This document shows positions 1-19,156 of a stretch of 64,000 nt of DNA, one piece after another. Under the pieces are notes generated by a model that did not search any database, was not told where the DNA came from, and saw only the letters and a list, made by a program, of their open reading frames with translations. Origin of the DNA: Takakia lepidozioides. Lineage: Eukaryota > Plantae > Bryophyta. The position numbers and the translations under genes are program-made. The stretch lies in assembly GCA_030704615.1 (NCBI GenBank), contig CM060732.1:13330001-13394000 (forward strand), in the 5' to 3' direction. Numbering within the stretch: the first letter of the stretch is position 1; the number at the start of each line of letters is the position of its first letter.

Positions 1-654
1 GTACGGCCATCCCCGGCGACCGTACCGGCAAGGCTCCCACGCTTCGTTGGGTAAGCGTAGTCTCTCTGCTCCTATATATACATGTATTTATTTATTTATT
101 TTTAAATTTAGACTAGAATGTTATGGAACTTAAGTAAGTTAGTACCCAGTTAGTACGAAGTATTTTAATCTTATTTTTTAAAATAAGGGGAAAAGGGGCG
201 AAGTGCGATGTGAGTCTTTGGCGCTCCACAATTTGCAGTGAGAAATGTTCAATGGCCTTTTCGTCTTTCTCGTATGTGGATCAAATGCTGATCAACAATG
301 AGCTCCACCTTGGATCAGAAAGGCCTTCTGAAGCAATTCTTGGGCTGTCACTCGGAAATACAGACTATTTCTCAAACTCCACCACCCTGCCAAGCTTCTT
401 ATATTCTCCCCGATTAAGCAAAATTCGAGTCTACACACATATGCGTTGAATTGGAAACGTATGTACAGATAGATAAAGATGTTACAAAAACTGGTTACAA
501 AAACTGGTTCGACAGGTCCAAAGTGTAACGGAACATACTCCTGTTTGATAACACCATCAGCAAATGCACCAGTATATCCAACACTATGATCAAATACGCC
601 GTTGTTTATCTGGTGTTGCTGGATTGAAATAACGTACGTCGATGATGCAAATTG

Positions 655-1345
655 GAATCAAAAAATAATTTCTTCACCTGTTCAATTCATGTATCCTTCG
701 GAAATAACATGGAACGCAAGAGCGATTCACATTTGCTCATATCCATCCCATTTCGCAAGAAGGCTCCATATGCATAGAATGTGTCAGATTTTAACATAGA
801 TAATAAACATCCGACAAATGAGCTTGTAATGCACTTTCACAGCGTGGATATGATAGATAAAGGCTCGTTCAAAAACATTTGTTGGTGTAAGACAAATACA
901 TTTCTTCAACTCTGCACTGTACTACCATATAAAACATACAACTCATTCCCCTCTTCCATTTCTTCCGCAGTGATGTTTTCATAAAAAAATTGAAAATGAG
1001 GTTGACCAAAATCTTTCAACCAGTAACCTAACATACATTTCCAGGTATGCAACAATCTTGCCTGAGTTTCTTGCACATTACTGTATGCCCAGGTGGCGGA
1101 GGTGGCGGACGTCTGTCCCAACCCAAATAGGATTTGATCAGTATGTTTGCCTGTATGACACTTGTTGCTAACAACCTAATAACCATCTGAAAATGCAAAT
1201 TATGAGACCGACTCCCACCTTTGTCAATCGCAAAAAACCTTGCCATGCACTTCTCTTGAATGAACTTCTGCAAATGTTGAAACAAATCGAGATTTACATC
1301 CTGTCCACCGACTCCAACGGTGCAAGAAAGCTAAAAAATAATTTG
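655..1345 (-). mobile_element. Degraded Replitron-like HUH-endonuclease transposase (pseudogene with frameshifts and stops)
   Basis: Minus-strand translation across frameshifts gives LSCTVGVGGQDVNLDLF...IDKGGSRSHNLHFQMVI (N-L-H / HUH-like metal-binding motif region), then HTWKCMLGYWLKDFGQPHFQ (Y1 catalytic-Tyr motif GYxxKD), then ELKKCICLTPTNVFERA and LSMLKSDTFY...GMDMSKCESLLRSMLFPKD. This motif order matches plant and algal Replitron transposases as I recall them. The element may extend over 1-2450; its ends are not resolved. Confidence 0.7.
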
Positions 1346-2993
1346 CCCCTTCTTGTCTACACTTGGCTCCTTTTTTGGACGACCTCTATGCTTCACCAAC
1401 GTTGTAGTGGCTACTGGCATACTCTCCATTTCCTCGATTCTCTACTTCTTCTCAACTATCGACATTTATACTGTCGCCAAACTAACACGCCCTCGTATAA
1501 CTTTGAAAGATTCTAAATATCTCCAAACCACGATATCACCAAGTGGCCTTAACAATGCAATAGTGCATTTTTCTTGTACATGCAATAGCCAGGTGGGCTG
1601 TACATGTACTAGCCCTGTAGACCCTCTGAGCATTGACCATGTGGGTGCCACTTTAATTGAGACATCCTTTAACACGTTTAGCCTCCATTGGCTATATTTT
1701 AATTTTTGAAAGGATGGGGATACAATATGGCTTAATTTTTAATATCACCTTTTACCACATCTAGTGACATATTTCCTTAACTTCATCTCACCATCCCCTC
1801 TCCTTCATCCTCACTAGCCTCCACATTAAAAGCAGGGCTCCCACAAGACGGGCCCTTCCCTTCCCATTGACACCATTCCTTACCAAGCCGCCATTTATTA
1901 ATGGTTTTCAACCCATCGCTAAATTCTTCTGCCACCTAATACTCAGTCGGCTGTGGTTTACCGCCAACTTTCCACTAGACAACCCAAGACCTCTTCTCAC
2001 TAATCCCTCGGCACTAAGTCTCTCATTCTTTCTTACAAGCTGCCTTGACGCTTCTTTGCTTCTCCTACGTACTTCGGTTACTTTCAAATGTGTTCCATCA
2101 ATAGCATCCAAAACAGGTCCAAGGGCTAGGTCTGGAGTCGTATTAATTATCGGGGCTTCAACAGGGCACCAATGACAAATAGGTCGCAACCTTCTTCAGG
2201 CACCAGGTTCTTCTTGTTGCATCACGCCCAAACGCTCGTTGGCAACATTACCAAGGAAAGCAAGGGCTCAGCCACCACCTCCACCTCCGTCGTTAGCTTT
2301 TCGGCACCTTTCCCATCTCCGCGTCATCCTTTCCAGGACAGAAAGGAAGGTCCCTCACGACTGGATTATTTCGGTGACACTTCTCGCTCAACCCTTAACT
2401 ATGCTCTGAACGATCAAAGTGAGTGTGATTAAGTACAGTGTAGAGAGGTGCACGAGAGATCTTCCCAGGTATAATCACCACATGCTTTGTGAATGTTGAT
2501 CTTAGTGATTGTATAATATCTTATGGTATCTTATTGATATTCAGAAGATGACCTTGAATTGTCTTGCCCTACAATTTCAACATTTCAAATATTTAACATT
2601 AGTATCAACCCCCTTACAGCTGACGAAACCTCCGCGCCACCATCCATCGCCTCCCCTGAAATTGAGCTCGACATCGACTAGAAGCACGTGAAGAATCCCA
2701 AGGGATCTAGGCTCCACTTTCGTTGATCATTGCAGTCCTTTTTAGCTCATAGTTTGACTCTTGGCTTGCTCTTTCATGAGCTTCTCTTTCGCGAGGAGTT
2801 TTCTCTTATGGATCTCTTCTGACTTTTGGAAGATTAGTTCCGGATTGGTCCTAGTTCCCTCTTCGTAGGGGTTATGTTCGTTTTTCACTGACATTGGTGT
2901 GTGTGCCTACCTTATGGTGGGCATGGGGTTTTAACCAAACAAAGGTTCTTTAGGGCCTCGGTTCCTGTTTTTAAAAAAAAAACAAAACACAAC

Positions 2994-3065
2994 AGGGCTG
3001 TGGCTCAAGGGTAAGCCACTCTAGGTACTAGCCTGTGCGTATGGGGTTCAAGTCCATGTCGTCTA
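2994..3065 (+). mobile_element. tRNA-derived SINE-like fragment
   Basis: A-box-like TGGCTCAAGGG near 3001 and B-box GGTTCAAGTCC near 3045 at tRNA-like spacing; no proper cloverleaf acceptor stem. Confidence 0.45.
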
Positions 3066-3124
3066 TCTTTCTGCGTTCAGGCTGGGCCTCTGCCCCTTAA
3101 ATGCCTCCATGGCTCGGAAAGTGA

Positions 3125-3507
3125 TTGGGTAGCGCGTGAGCATGCTCACGTGAGCACAAGGGCATATTCCCCAAATTTTTGCGATACCCACGAAATATTC
3201 CACAGCGAAACGAAATTGACGAAACCAACAATTCTGCGAAACTAACACAAAGAACAAGTAGCCCCTATATGCCCATATCACCAAATATTTGTCAATGCAA
3301 AACTTGCCGCCGACGATATAGGTTTAGGGTTTTTGGCTACACTACTGAAGGTTTCGCCTCGCTGAATTGGTGCAGACTTACCATAAATGCACCAGTCCTC
3401 TATACCCGTTTATGGTTTTATTTTGTTTTGAAAACATATAACTCGTATGATCGAGGTTAAAAAACATAAAACTCCCATGACCGTGGGTTGTGCTCACGCG
3501 ATACCAA
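3125..3507. mobile_element. Putative MITE (terminal inverted repeats)
   Basis: GGTAGCGCGTGAGCA near 3128 is the inverted complement of TGCTCACGCGATACC (3491-3505) with 1 mismatch; the interior is non-coding; no clear TSD. Confidence 0.4.
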
Positions 3508-3533
3508 CCCCTGCTCAGGAAAGGGGTTTATTT

Positions 3534-3883
3534 CAGTGTTGGGCGGTTATTTGATGTTTTCCATAACCGGTTCCAGTTGCTTCGAATTTTAGGAAACTAT
3601 TAACCTGCGGTTGCCATTCGGTTAAAAAATTTTATGGCTGGATATAACCTACGGTTACGGTTACTTGCATAATCCTCAAATAATCGGTGATTTTCATCAA
3701 ATAACTGCGGACGGTATTGGGCGGTTCTTTAAAAGATTATTTGCTCGGTTATTTGAATGCATGACCTCCGCCGATTCCTAAGGGGACTGGTTACTTCATT
3801 TTTTCACCTCTGCCGGTCATATATATAATCGGATAGGTAACCATCGGGTATTAGAGAGAAATTTAAATAACCGCCCAACAGTG
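3534..3883. mobile_element. Non-autonomous hAT-type DNA transposon (MITE)
   Basis: 19-bp TIRs CAGTGTTGGGCGGTTATTT / AAATAACCGCCCAACAGTG (1 mismatch); 8-bp TSD GTTTATTT / GTTTACTT; repeated internal CGGTT/AACCG subterminal motifs. Confidence 0.8.
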
Positions 3884-4394
3884 GTTTACTTTTCCCCAGC
3901 TGGGGCTGGTGTTTCCTCAAAAAACAAAAAAACAAAAAAAAGAGAAAAGAAAAATCTTATTTCAGTGTGACGATAGTGACCGCGGAGACGGAAGTCAAAA
4001 GGTCGGGCGGCGCCAAGAAATCGGGGCGCTTGTGAGGGTGCCGGGTCGTCGGGAACGCGCGTTCCCGGCATGGGCTACTCTTCACTCGCTGGGCGGCTGC
4101 CTCGCTTGTCTGCCGTGGTTCTCACTCTTCGCTTAACGCCAAGCGTGACCTTCCCATAGCTTGCTCTAGCTGGCTGGCACCCTCTCTGACTCTCGCAGCG
4201 CTCACTATGCTGCACTTCGGATTCATATCTTGGTAGGCTCGGAGAAGAGTATGGAAGATGCGTTATATTGAAAGAGTTTGATCTGGGCACTTGGATGAGC
4301 ACGCTGTTCATCCCGATTGAAATTCTTGGGAAAGCATTGTAGTTTGCTGGTCCAGCACTCGATTCTGCACAGGGACAGACTATCGGTCTCCGGA

Positions 4395-7300
4395 ATGGCG
4401 TGGAGAGTATTTGCGAGCCTGCTGGTGTTGATGATGGCCGAGGCTGTCAAGGGCCAAAGTTGTAGCAGTAATAGTCTCACCTCCACGAACGCTAAATTTG
4501 TTAGTACGCTTCCTTGCAAGAGCGTCGGCTTCGACAATATGCTTCTCTGGGTATCTTCCTCCTCTTTCCGTCTCCAGGAAGCTCCGTTTTGCTCCTGTAT
4601 GTATATATCTTTGAGTCAATTATTCTGGTCGAAAAATGTCAAATTTGCTTTGGTTCAATATTGCGAAAGCTGCTCGTGATTTGGTTATTTGCTATCTCCT
4701 ATAATTCTCGGGGATATGTCCGTTGCTTTCAATATAGAAGAGTTATCTCACTGTTTGAGCTCTTTGAAAGGATGTTCTTCTCATTCTCCAATTTTTTTGG
4801 GAGAATGGCTAGATCAAACAGTGTATCTCCCAAATTTGTACTCTCCAGTACAACGATTTTAGTGGATATTGACTGTCTGTGATCTGTTCCTCACTTTGCA
4901 TATCTGGTAATCTCACCGGCATACAGTCTCTTCAAATATCTCAATGCGAAGCAGGGAGAAGGGGTTGAGCTGAGTACGGCTTAGCTGACAAAATTAACTG
5001 GCAGAGTAGTAACCAGCGACCTGAGGAAAGCCAGACATTGAGTGAGAGGAGTATTGGCCTTTGGAAAGGTGGTCTCGATCGCATCCAGTAGATTAGTTCT
5101 TAAGGGTGATCCAACACCCATGTCTAATTTCTTGATAGCATATTGTCTTTTCCGTTAAAACAGTACAAGACAAGCCTTTTTCTGTGGAAAACCACACTTC
5201 ATTTCCAGTGTAATTGAAAGAGCCACCTTGAATAGCGTTCCATTTTTCTCTCATTATGGATGATCAACACTAATTAAGAACTCAGCAAGGTTCAAAGATT
5301 AGAACTCTGGATTCAAACTTGTCTGGCTATAACCTTTCAAAGACAGGACATTTAGCTTTCTCTGTACCCCAGACTGGTGACTTGTTTTCCCTATACGAAT
5401 TGTGGTTTCTTTCAATAGGATGATGGCCCTCTACGGATGCTACATGAGCACAGTTCAGTCAGGATGAAAGGCTTAGCTGGATGTTGAGGGCAGCCTCATA
5501 TTGCTTTGTCTTCCATTCAATTAAGTGGCATTCCATCTTGTTGGAATTGTTTTAAACATTTGTGGTAAATCTGTGAAGGCTTCTAGACATGCTCGGCTCA
5601 TCGGCCCCAAGTTGTTCTCACTGATGGCTTTCACCTGAGACTATTACCTGGTAGTATGAATTATGAGAAACTTGACTGGAATCCTTTTTGTGTTGATGTG
5701 GAGGAGGTGCATGTTACAGCGGGCTACATAGTGTGGTTGGCAATAAGTTTTTGGCATCCCTCGACACTGTGCTCATCTGATACAAACCAAGCCCTATATC
5801 GAAATTGTGCTTGTCCTCTTCTTATTCCCTGAACCATGCGAAGATACTAAATGGCTACTCAATGGCTACTCAAATGTCACTGTATTGAACAAGTTTCAAT
5901 CTTGGGACAACAGTATTGGGTTGGACAGAGCATTCTGCTGGCACACTGAAATTGACACCCACCATAGAGGGGAGATCTGTCTAGCTGTATCCATGGCTGC
6001 AAGTCCATGAATTGAGTCATTCTGGCAAAGGATTAAAGCTTGGGCATACATCTAATGTGCATGATCTGTTATGATTGACAGGCATCACGCAACAGTAGCA
6101 CGAATATTGTCAGCATTGCATTTTCTGCACCATTGACAGCTTCAAAGTGGGCTGGAGTCGGCTTCTCTAATGATGGGAGTATGGTTTCGTCCACAGCAGT
6201 GATAGCCACAGTGAACTCTTCTGGGACTTTGGTGGCCAATTCCTACTATCTTGGAGGTACACAATCGAGTCAAGTTGTAGTAGACAACTCGAGATTAGTC
6301 TTTCAGACCAAGCCGTCAACTTATCTGGGAAACAACATTGCATATGTGGCTTTCCAGATAGACTTCAACAAAAGTACTCAGGCCTCTGATAACTACTTGC
6401 TCTATGCATATGGGAATCTGGATTCAAGTGGCGCACTGCAGTATCACACAGACAAACGTTCTGCGATATCAGACTTCACTACAGGTTGATGACTAACTTG
6501 AGTGTGGGATAGAAATTGTCAGTTTCGTTACATGAGAGTTTTCTGTCAACTAGCAGGAAAATGGAATGGGTGTGAGATAGGAAGAGAGCCTGTGTGTGTG
6601 TGTGATGAAATGGTCATACACTTCAGTACTGTACAGAACACAGTAAGGATGGAGAGTAGCAAATAAGAAAATGTGTCCATCTATAAGCAGCCCGAAAGCT
6701 ACTCTTCCAAATCAAGAGATTCTCTAGGCTGGAGAGCCTGATCCATATATGCCGCGAGGCATCTCTGATCCTTGTAAGACCTCAGTTGAGGGATTGGCTG
6801 TCCCTGAGCAGGCAAAAGTAGGTAGAGTCCCCGAATTTCACAGTAGAGAGGACAACTAAAGAAGAAAATGATCTGCACTCTCTGTCCTGCCTCTCAATTT
6901 CCCCTCTGATAAGAAGGAAGATAAGGGTGTCCTTTGTCACTTCTAGGGAGCTTTACCTATCCTCTACTTCTATCCGTCTTTCCTTCTGTTTTTCTCTGGT
7001 CCTATTCTCCCTTTGGGCCCCCTTTGGAAAATTAAATTTCCACGGCAATAGAATCTTACAGCCCAACCACTTGTTTGCACACACCTCTCCAATTCTTCTA
7101 CAGGCATTAGGGGAGCTCAGGGTGGAATCCCACGGTCTGAGGATGGAGGCTGGCATGTGGGAGAACCTGCAATGACGCCTTATGCATGTGCTAGAAAAGA
7201 CAACGGGAGATGTGACTTACCATTGTTGGGATTTGCTGTAACTTTGCTACAAGGGTGCAGGGTGCTTGGGACACCCAACTCTTCTGAACTTAGTAGAACA

Positions 7301-8684
7301 GTATACATCTTGATCTGGTAGTGTATCACTTCCACCAGCCGAGGCCAGGGCCAGCCTAATTGATTGCTCCTGAAGCGCAATCAATAGATGGGATTACTGT
7401 GCTGAAGTGTTGCTGACACATTGTGTACATTTTGTGAGTGCAATTGGCATGTTACGGGTAGTTCCATAAGGTATCCTCCAGTCCCAGCTACAAGCTCGCA
7501 ATAGCTTGCTCAGTTTCTAGAAATCCTTTGTCTGTCCTGACTAATCTGCCTTGAATCTCCCGACTTCTCAAGACTGTCCAGCAGGGTGAGACAGAACTCT
7601 AACATTATTTCGTGCATGGTACAGGCACAATACCAGCAAATAAAGCTAGTACAACTGGCAATCTGGCAAAGGCTCATGCAGCTGTGAATATATTTGGGTG
7701 GGGCATCTTGCTGCCAATTGGTGCAATCATTGCGCGATATGGCCGGAATTGGGATCCGGCCTGGTTCTACACGCATGTGGCCTTCCAGATTATTGGATTC
7801 ATCTTTATCATTGGGGGATTGGGTACTGGTGTCCGTTTGGCCAACAAAATTCCAGGCCTGAGTGGGCTTGATAGCCACCGAGCACTGGGTATCTTCATCT
7901 TCGTTTTGGCCTGCTTGCAGGTATGGTACAATCTGTGCTTGCCACTTCGAGATTGATCCTTTGTTCAATAACTAGGTTTTTTAGCTGTAGGAGTCTAGTT
8001 ATTGCAACTAGAACAGAGATTATCCGTGCCCAAGTTGATTCTGCTTAGCAGTCACTGTAGCAAGGCCGCGACCTCCTGTTTGGTAAATAGTTGGATGAAC
8101 CTAACTTCTGATGCACAGGGGTATTGAGTACCAATACCCTCCTGTGGTCTGGACATCTACTTTTGCTGTGCATTGATGTATCTTAAGCAGGTCACTATTA
8201 ATCTTCAGGGAGTTGCAGCAATTAGAGCATGTCAAGATCATACCGTTGGTTCATTGAGCCGTGCAAAAGGGACAACCTAATGTCCTATACGAATCTTTTC
8301 ATGTCATCCCTATGGCTTGCTTAGCCCAGTGAACCTGTCTTCTCACCCCTGGTCCTCTCTTTCTGGCAGATCATGGCAGTGGTGTTACGCCCCAAGGTGG
8401 GTGCCAAGATCCGGCGCTTCTGGAACTGGTATCATGGCTGGGTTGGCAGGGTGGCGCTCCTCCTTGCAGCAATCAACGTGTTCGTTGGAATACATATAGC
8501 CCATGCTGAACACTCTTTGAGAGTTGGATATGGTGTGATTGTCGCCATTGAGATCGTTGCTGTCATTGCCTTGGAGACGTTTATGTGTATCAGAGGATAC
8601 AGACAAAAATCTGCACAGGCTCCCTCATTCCAACAACAAAGCCAGAGGCAGCAGCCCACATTTACATTTGGTGATAATGTGTGA
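4395..8684 (+). CDS. DOMON domain + cytochrome b561 protein (CYBDOM/AIR12-related trans-membrane reductase), about 389 aa
   Basis: Exons 4395-4550, 6082-6484, 7625-7920, 8370-8684, all GT-AG with matching phases. Signal peptide MAWRVFASLLVLMMAEAVKG; DOMON motif WAGVGFSNDGSMV with heme Met and YHTDK His; b561 His ligands in KAHAAVNIFGWG, WFYTH, DSHRALG and WNWYH. Confidence 0.92.
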
Positions 8685-10131
8685 TTACTTATGATGAAGT
8701 CCTTCATTTCTAGGGAGCTGCAAGTGATAGTCTTGATAGACTCATACAAGAGTGATTCTTATGGATGCTACCTGTGAAGGGCAAGCATCTGTCCGGATAT
8801 TTCTCATCACATAGCTGTTAGTCTTTGCAAGAATTGTCAGACAAACAGCATGGTGGCAGCAGCAGTGGTACGCAGCACTCTTGAAAGCAAAAAAACGGAG
8901 TCTAATTATGCCGTGACTAAAAACAGGAGGTTGCTTGCCACTTGGCACCCAGTGCACTGGGATGTTGAACAGTCCCTAGAGACTGCAGACAAGGTAGGTT
9001 AAAATACTTCATTCTTTCAATGTAGAGATGCTCCTGAGGCTTGGATATTCCATGGCCCAGGTTTGGTCAGTATCTGTAACAACTGAGGACTTGCCATCGG
9101 CGTTTCATTTAAGTTCTCAAAGCAGTTTTTAACAATTTGGACAGCAACTTGCCTACTCCTAGTAGCAGCAAAGTACATTTTCATACATGTATCAAAAGAT
9201 GGAGCCATATAATGTAGCCTGCGGCATTCTTTCAAAAGTCTGATTCTCCAGCAATTGTCATGGCAGGGAACGAGCCTGTGCACTTTTTGCACTTTCCTCA
9301 TCACTATCACTGACATTCCACATTGACACTTGATCAGCACAACTTGAAGAAAATGGTACCCAAAGATTCTACAAGAAACTGACAGCATTTGGGATGCAAG
9401 TTAATGATGCTCAGAATGTATCAGTCAAAACATAGCAAACAAATTGCAACCTCGGGCTTAAATTAAGGGTGTCATTTAAGAGACATCAGAGATAGTAGGC
9501 TAAACGTTTTAAGAGCCGTGCCACAAGTGTCGCACAATCACGCCCATGTAACCTAAGGAAAATAGATAGATTCTGGCTGCATGATAGTCCCCCAACTTTT
9601 CACCACAGATAGTCCCCCTAGCCAACTTTCAGTTGCCACTGAGGCCCAAGATGTAACAGCAAATACAAAGCCCTCTTTGCCAACTCTTCAAGCATGTGAT
9701 GCTCCCTGGGTTTTGATGAGCTGACAGAAATGGCTATGCTATGCCCTTCACAGGGATCTGCCGTCTGGTTACACAATGCCAGACTCTGGCATGATTGTGT
9801 GTGGCATGCCTGCACAGAAAAGTTGCTGTTGCCAAGAACGTCCCCCCTTCCTGCCTTAGGGAAGGACTAATACCTGAATCAGCTGTTCTATTATGCGCAG
9901 ACCCCTGCACCAACCGCTACACACTTAAGACATCTGGTGTTTCACTCCCAATTGAAGCCAGCATAGCAATATGTGCTGTGAGCAGCTGTGCTTCAAAAGG
10001 GTAACCTACATTCCCAAATGAGATGGAAGGAAAACTATCATCCCATGTTACATGCTCCCAGTTGTGCACAGAGAGGCATAAAAAGATTAGTGTCCCGTGG
10101 GTGAGTCTGAGGGCGTGGCTGCTGAAGTCTC

Positions 10132-16344
<6,213 letters not shown>

Positions 16345-17242
16345 GGCAGCAAGACCACCATCCAATCCGTCCCATTAGCTTTTGGTCTCTCTTCCGCTAT
16401 CCTCTCTCCCATATCTCATGGCTCCCTTAAATCTACCTTGCAGCCGCTCCGTTCGCCTCTCGCGTCCGCATACTTCACAGTCATCCCCTCCTTTCCACAA
16501 AAAAAATGCAGTTCTTCGCGGCTATCTCTGTATCTCAGTAAGCTCTTAAGAACTCATACGCGCACCTCTTCCCCCCTCCGAAATCTCTGGAACGCTTCTC
16601 TACTTCAGTATTCTAATCTCTTTCCAATAGAACTCCACACCTGGAAGAATGCTGGCCTCTCTCGTCCACAATACAACCTCCCGACCCTTGAATAATAAGA
16701 ATGCTGGATGACACCTCATCCAAGGCACTCAAACGACGCGAGGCCTTCGCTTGTAGAGACGCATATGTGTAGCCAACGACGAGCACCAGCTTGAAACTCT
16801 CCTCATCCAATCTGTCTCTCTTTCTCTCTATCCTTCACAACATCCTACATACAACTCTCAATCTCTCTATCTATCAATCTACCCTCGTCAGGCCCCCCTA
16901 AGGTAGCCGAGGCTGTCGTCAGGCAAGCAGAGAGCCGCCTCGTTGATGCAGGCCCTCCCCAATCCCCCGCTCTCCACCGTCTCTCCCACCACACGCATCT
17001 CTCTCCCTCCTCTCCGCCACCCCTTAACCGGTCCCAGTCACTTTCGCACCGCAGGCCCTCGAATAAACCACAGTGGAAACCCTTCTCGACATAGCCCACT
17101 TCATGTCCAAACCTAGTGGCGGATTCCAGACCCGCACCCGAGATTTTGGCAAACGGGCATGTACTTCTACACCACGTGCCGCCATATCGTTGGGAGATGG
17201 CATTTAGAAAAGAGACCCTGAATATCGCACTGTACCCTTTGC

Positions 17243-17290
17243 TATTATTATTATTGTTAATTATTATTATTATTATTATTAGTATTATCA
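17243..17290. repeat. (ATT)n microsatellite
   Basis: Imperfect ATT/TTA run upstream of GSK3; it produces the spurious poly-Ile/Asn ORFs in the track. Confidence 0.85.
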
Positions 17291-18412
17291 ATTTCGTTAT
17301 AGATAGGCATTTGAGCTTGGGAGTGAGGAGAAATTATTATTATCTAGTTTAAGATTTGAAGAGGTGGACGGGGAAATATAGATTTGAAAAGGTGGGGAGC
17401 TCGGCGGCACGTGAGAGTGAATAAAGGAAATGTAAAAGAAGGATAAATAATCCTGCCGTTAGGGACGAGAGGGACGGGCAGGATAAAAATAGTCGGGGGG
17501 CAGGCAGCGCTGCGTCACCCACGGCCCGTTGAAGGCGTCTGTCCACTCGGTCGCCAGAGTCACCGGGTGTGGCAGGTGCTGGGTGGCCGCCACGCCACGG
17601 GGTGCAGCCGGTGAGCTGCCATTTGAACGGGCAGAAAAAGCGGACAGGGTGGCAGGCGTGGCGCTGGCTGTGGAGTTTCGCCAGCTATCGCCGGCGCAGC
17701 ACAGTCTGGCGAAAGTGGGGTGCGCGGTGGTGGGGTTGACCAGACAGGGACGGTCAAAGGGGGCAACAGGGTAACCGGGGTTGAGAGAGGGAACCGGGGT
17801 TAGGAGGAGTAGTGTACGTAGTGAAAGCGGGGCGGGCGATTAGTGAGTTGAGAGCTTTGCCCGGGTTCTGCGAATCGCCGGCAAAGCAGCGTCTCGGGAA
17901 GCGCACCGGCAGGCAGCTGCGCTGGCAGGTCCATCACCGCAGCGGCGTGGATGAATGTTGCAGTGGATGGATGACTGCAGGATGGTCAAAAGCTGAAGAA
18001 AGTCAAGTAGGGAAAGGTTGATGGAGTGTGGGAGGGAAGATGTTGAAAGAGAAGAAGGACAGGGAGAAGGAGAGAGAAGTCCAAGGGAGGCCCCCACAGA
18101 GTATGGAAGTTCAAGCCTCAAGGCAGGGAGGGGGTATTATTGCAGCTCCTCCTGGGTGCAAGAGCCCTAAATGAGGACTGAGTTTGTTGGTTTGGGCTAA
18201 AATCTTGGTTGGAGTCATTAATTATCAGGAGCTTTGGGAAGTGGTGTTTTTGGTTGTTGTTGTCCCATTGTTGGGGGTTCTCCCCACACATTTATGGGGA
18301 TGTAAATAGAAGTTTGGGTTCTGCTTTGCTGGTATGTAATGAGGATTAGGTAGGCATCAGACAGACTAGGAACGAGTCAATCTCAGCATACAGAATCTGC
18401 TCGGACTTTTGA

Positions 18413-18598
18413 AGACGACTAGGATGTATCGCAAGCCTAAAGTTAGAGGCATTGAATCTAAGCTAGCAAGTTGGAACTTAAAAGTTGAAAGCAAAGGACG
18501 ACTAGGTAGGCTATGTATCTGCAAGCCTAAAGTTAGAGGCATTGTGATTGAATCTAAGTTAGCAAGTTGGAACTTGAAAGTTGAAAACAAAGGACTGG
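18413..18598. repeat. Tandem duplication of about 85-95 bp (2 copies)
   Basis: GACGACTAGG...GCAAGCCTAAAGTTAGAGGCATTG...AATCTAAG(C/T)TAGCAAGTTGGAACTT(A/G)AAAGTTGAAA(G/A)CAAAGGAC occurs twice. Confidence 0.85.
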
Positions 18599-19003
18599 GA
18601 ACAAACAAACAACAAGCAAGTCCAAGTTGGTGCCACAGACAATTCCCTGTAATAAAGTCATGACAATTCTTCGGTCGCTAAATTGGGTCAATACTTTGCT
18701 ATTCATGACTGGCTTTGAGCTTTGATGTTTTCCTGCCGTCTCATTCAGCAGCATCAATCAGTCATTCTCCATTCATCCACACTAGCTTACTTGTTTCGAG
18801 GCTCCCAATTGGTGTGTGAATGATGGATGCATGGATCACAAGTCCTCACAAAGGGCCAAAAGCTTCACAAGGCCCCAAACTTGTTCCCAGTTATGAGTGA
18901 TGAGGCATACCACAGTCATTTAATAGGGCCCCCTAGTGAAGATACTGGAGGGCCCATACTTCTGAGAGGGACATTGAATGCAGCATGTTCACTGTGAGAT
19001 GCC

Positions 19004-19156
19004 TGTGTAGTAACGACCCATAAATCACAGAGCCCTTGTGTGCCCTGGGGTCAGACACCTGTCTGTGGACTGTGAGAGGGCCTGGTGGGTAAGGCCTTGT
19101 GTAGTAACGACCCATAAATCACAGAGCCCTTGTGTGCCCTGGGGTCAGACACCTGT
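19004..19156. repeat. Direct repeat of about 57 bp (2 near-identical copies)
   Basis: TGTGTAGTAACGACCCATAAATCACAGAGCCCTTGTGTGCCCTGGGGTCAGACACCTGT at about 19004 and about 19098. Confidence 0.85.

Noticed and set aside
7510-7968. 152-aa antisense ORF
   Set aside because: Shadow of CYBDOM exon 3.
16845-17352. Hydrophobic or poly-Ile ORFs
   Set aside because: Generated by the (ATT)n microsatellite.
18413-19156. CRISPR-like repeats
   Set aside because: Only two-copy duplications with no spacer array, in a plant genome.
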